Assembly: GCA_002269645.1 (NCBI GenBank)
Contig: NIVC01001912.1
Span: 124,001 to 188,000, forward strand
Direction of reading: 5' to 3'
DNA: 64,000 nucleotides
DNA from: Macrostomum lignano
Taxonomy: Eukaryota
Part shown: piece after piece, positions 61,441 to 64,000 of the stretch
How the letters are laid out: each line of letters begins with the position of its first letter
Numbering within the stretch: the first letter of the stretch is position 1
Position numbers and translations under genes: made by a program
Notes under the pieces: generated by a model
Told to the model about the DNA's origin: nothing
The model's input: the letters and a program-made list of their open reading frames with translations, nothing else
Database searches by the model: none

Positions 61441-64000
61441 TATTGCCATCAATCAGAGACCACTTCTTCATTTAATTTCAACAGTATGAGCTTAGGCGCA
61501 CCGCTACATTGTCAATGGCCTTCTCATTAATTTTACTGAAATAATAATCTTATTGAATAGAATTTTCAATGACAAAGAGAGGTCCACAGTGCCCACCCAC
61601 TCTCTAATCCTAGCCAAGCCGCCCCATTCTTCTCGGGGGGTTCAGGATTTAAGCGACTGGCTGCCATTGGCTCAGGCGCCTGGCCAATAGGAAGCGGTCC
61701 CAATTATAATTGGGGACTTTAAGCTGTGCAGAGTATTAATAGATAACCCACACCCGTTGGGGGAGCGAGGCCCAGATCAAGGCAGGGAGGAGTCGAACTC
61801 TAATTAGGGAATACAAGCTTCCATTGTTCGAACAGACCGTATCAGAGCGCTGCACACCACAATGCTGGCTGTCTGCATTTAATTGTCATTTGGACCTGAC
61901 TATTAATTGTTCATCAAGATCTTGTCATCAAGAACTCGGCGATTCGCACAATTGGATCAAAGGTGAGTTGTGCTCAGATAGAAAATTAACATAATTGTGT
62001 ATGATTTGATTAAATTTATACGGGCCAAGTTGACCAGCACAATAATTCTGATCAGCTCTACCGGCTTCTGTTTCAAGTTGTTTTCATTTCGAAAAGCAGA
62101 AAAATCTGCTGATAGGATAATTCTGCTTTTGTGCTGATTTTTTTTACCTGCGGGTCAAAATCACGGGGAGCGGAGATGTGGCTGCAGATTTGCCTTCGTA
62201 TCTGTCACAGTTGACCAATACTGGCTGCTAGTTATGTAGTTAAAGGAATTATAAAAATTATATGTTCAATTTCCCAGCAAGCTGATCAACATTTTACAGC
62301 TTACTGGTATAATGCAATTTTGTGGCTTAGGTAGAGGTATGGTAAAAAAATACGCAAAGTGTGATTGACCTCTATGCCGTCTATCTAGTGCTTGACAGAC
62401 GACAGAAGTCCTTTCATAGGCTATGGGTTGGCTGGCCCAGTGCTACTTTATTAATACCAGGTGCCATAGCCCTTCCTGGCACCAAAAATACGCTTGAATT
62501 TCCTCTCGCCAAAGTCATTTATTTCACGACTGGGGTTTTATTGCCTGCAAAGCGCTCCCGCGTTGTGGCCTCTGTCAGATCAGGAAGGTGCTAAAACTGC
62601 GGGGATTTAATCCCCTTCTCCAGCACAAAAGTCGGATTAACGATCTTTTGGAAATCTACAAAACCATTGAATGAGTCTGAGATTGGGAAAAAGTTGAAAT
62701 TTCTCCTATTTGTTTCTTTGAATAGAACCAGCAAAGTATTAATAGATTTTCTAGGGAATCTTTGAGTTCTCAGAGGAATCAGCCATGCTCAGTGGCCCTT
62801 CAGCCCGGCAACTTCTACAGATGAAGTATGAAGGGATTTGCTTTCACTGCACAAGCAGGGAGTTAAATCACAGGCTTGGTTGCTGGGTGGGGGTGTTAGC
62901 TGGGAAGATATCCCAGATCCCCAGTGGTATGCTGCGGAGCTGCGCGAATCCAAGGGCGGGGGGAGAAATGAAAAATTCATTTTCCAAGAAATTGACTCGG
63001 GCAGCTCGGGCAGAAGAATCGGGTGCGGGGAGGGAGATGCGGAATTGAGGATTTTGAAGGGGATTTAGAAGGACTTATTAAAGCAGCTAGGGATTGCTGT
63101 GCACTACGGCATCAAAAAGTGTTTGGTTCCCTCAAGCACCACCAACAGCAATATTATGGGCAAGCAACTGAAGAAAACTGGAAGCTAGTGGCAAAGTCTC
63201 TTCAAAAAAAGTCGTTAACCGGAATTTCGGCCACAAATAATGGCACTGCGCTTCTGCCGTTGGCCCGCTCGGCTTCTGTTGCGCAAAATGCCACACGGAA
63301 AGGAGGAAGGGTCTTCATCGTAAATCTTCAAATAGCAATGGAAAATAAATTGGCAAGGAGGCAAATATAGATTGGATTTGCAGAGCTGTTGGAACCTGGG
63401 TTGTGGCGTTGCCATGCGGCGGAGCTCTATTTCAGTGTAAAGTGCTTTTTGAGCTTCTCTATATTAGCTGAATGGAGACTGGTAGAATTCCGTAGATCAT
63501 AGGGGGGGGGGGGAATTCGAATTCGAGTTCGAATAGCGGAAGTGCCGAGGCTGCAAACCCGTAAAAGAGTGATTTGTTGCAGTTGCATGTGTCTCGGTCT
63601 CGCACTGATGCGGCCAGGCCCAGATGCACAGATAAACTAACTGCATTCATTACCAAGGCTCAATTATGTCTGTCGCATTCTGGCTATCAGCTGAGAGCAG
63701 AGCGGCCTGGGACCAGCAGGAATGCCAAATGTTGAGGACTAGGAATGAAGTGAGGAACATTTTAAACGGCTGTCTCTCAGGCGGCCCGCCGGGACTCCCC
63801 CCCCCCCATACTGCTAGTGAATATCATTATGCAAAGTGTGTTGCTGCGGCCGCTGCACCGGTGCATGAAATGACTCTATGGCCGGAGCTGGCCGGAGCTG
63901 GCCGGAGCTGGCCGGCCGAGCAGATTGCCTGCTCAGGTCCGAACTGGGCAAGTGTCGCTGGAGGGGAGGGGCCGCGTTGTCCTCCTGTTTTGCGGAGACA

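Overview
Eukaryotic (metazoan, intron-containing) genomic DNA; the host cannot be named from the window. 1-16.1 kb is a rearranged U2 snRNA locus: one full-length, structurally compensated but sequence-variant U2 gene (branch-pairing hexamer GUAGUU), plus U2 fragments interrupted at the same site (before TCTGTTCTT) by two distinct families of restriction-like-endonuclease non-LTR retrotransposons, i.e. Utopia-type U2-targeting elements. Family 1 has an uninterrupted RT-RLE frame but is 5'-truncated with mosaic junctions. Family 2 is near full length (five zinc fingers), decayed, and carries a nested 5'-truncated RNase H LINE with a 13-bp TSD and a 2.7-kb LTR/promoter-like block. A ~2.85-kb block almost devoid of CpG follows (16.9-19.7 kb), then a six-exon casein kinase II alpha gene and an intronless USB1 (U6 phosphodiesterase) gene. 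About half of 21-61.5 kb consists of some 20 different mini/microsatellite arrays, and most ORF-track entries there are repeat artefacts. No CRISPR, rRNA or intact tRNA genes were found.
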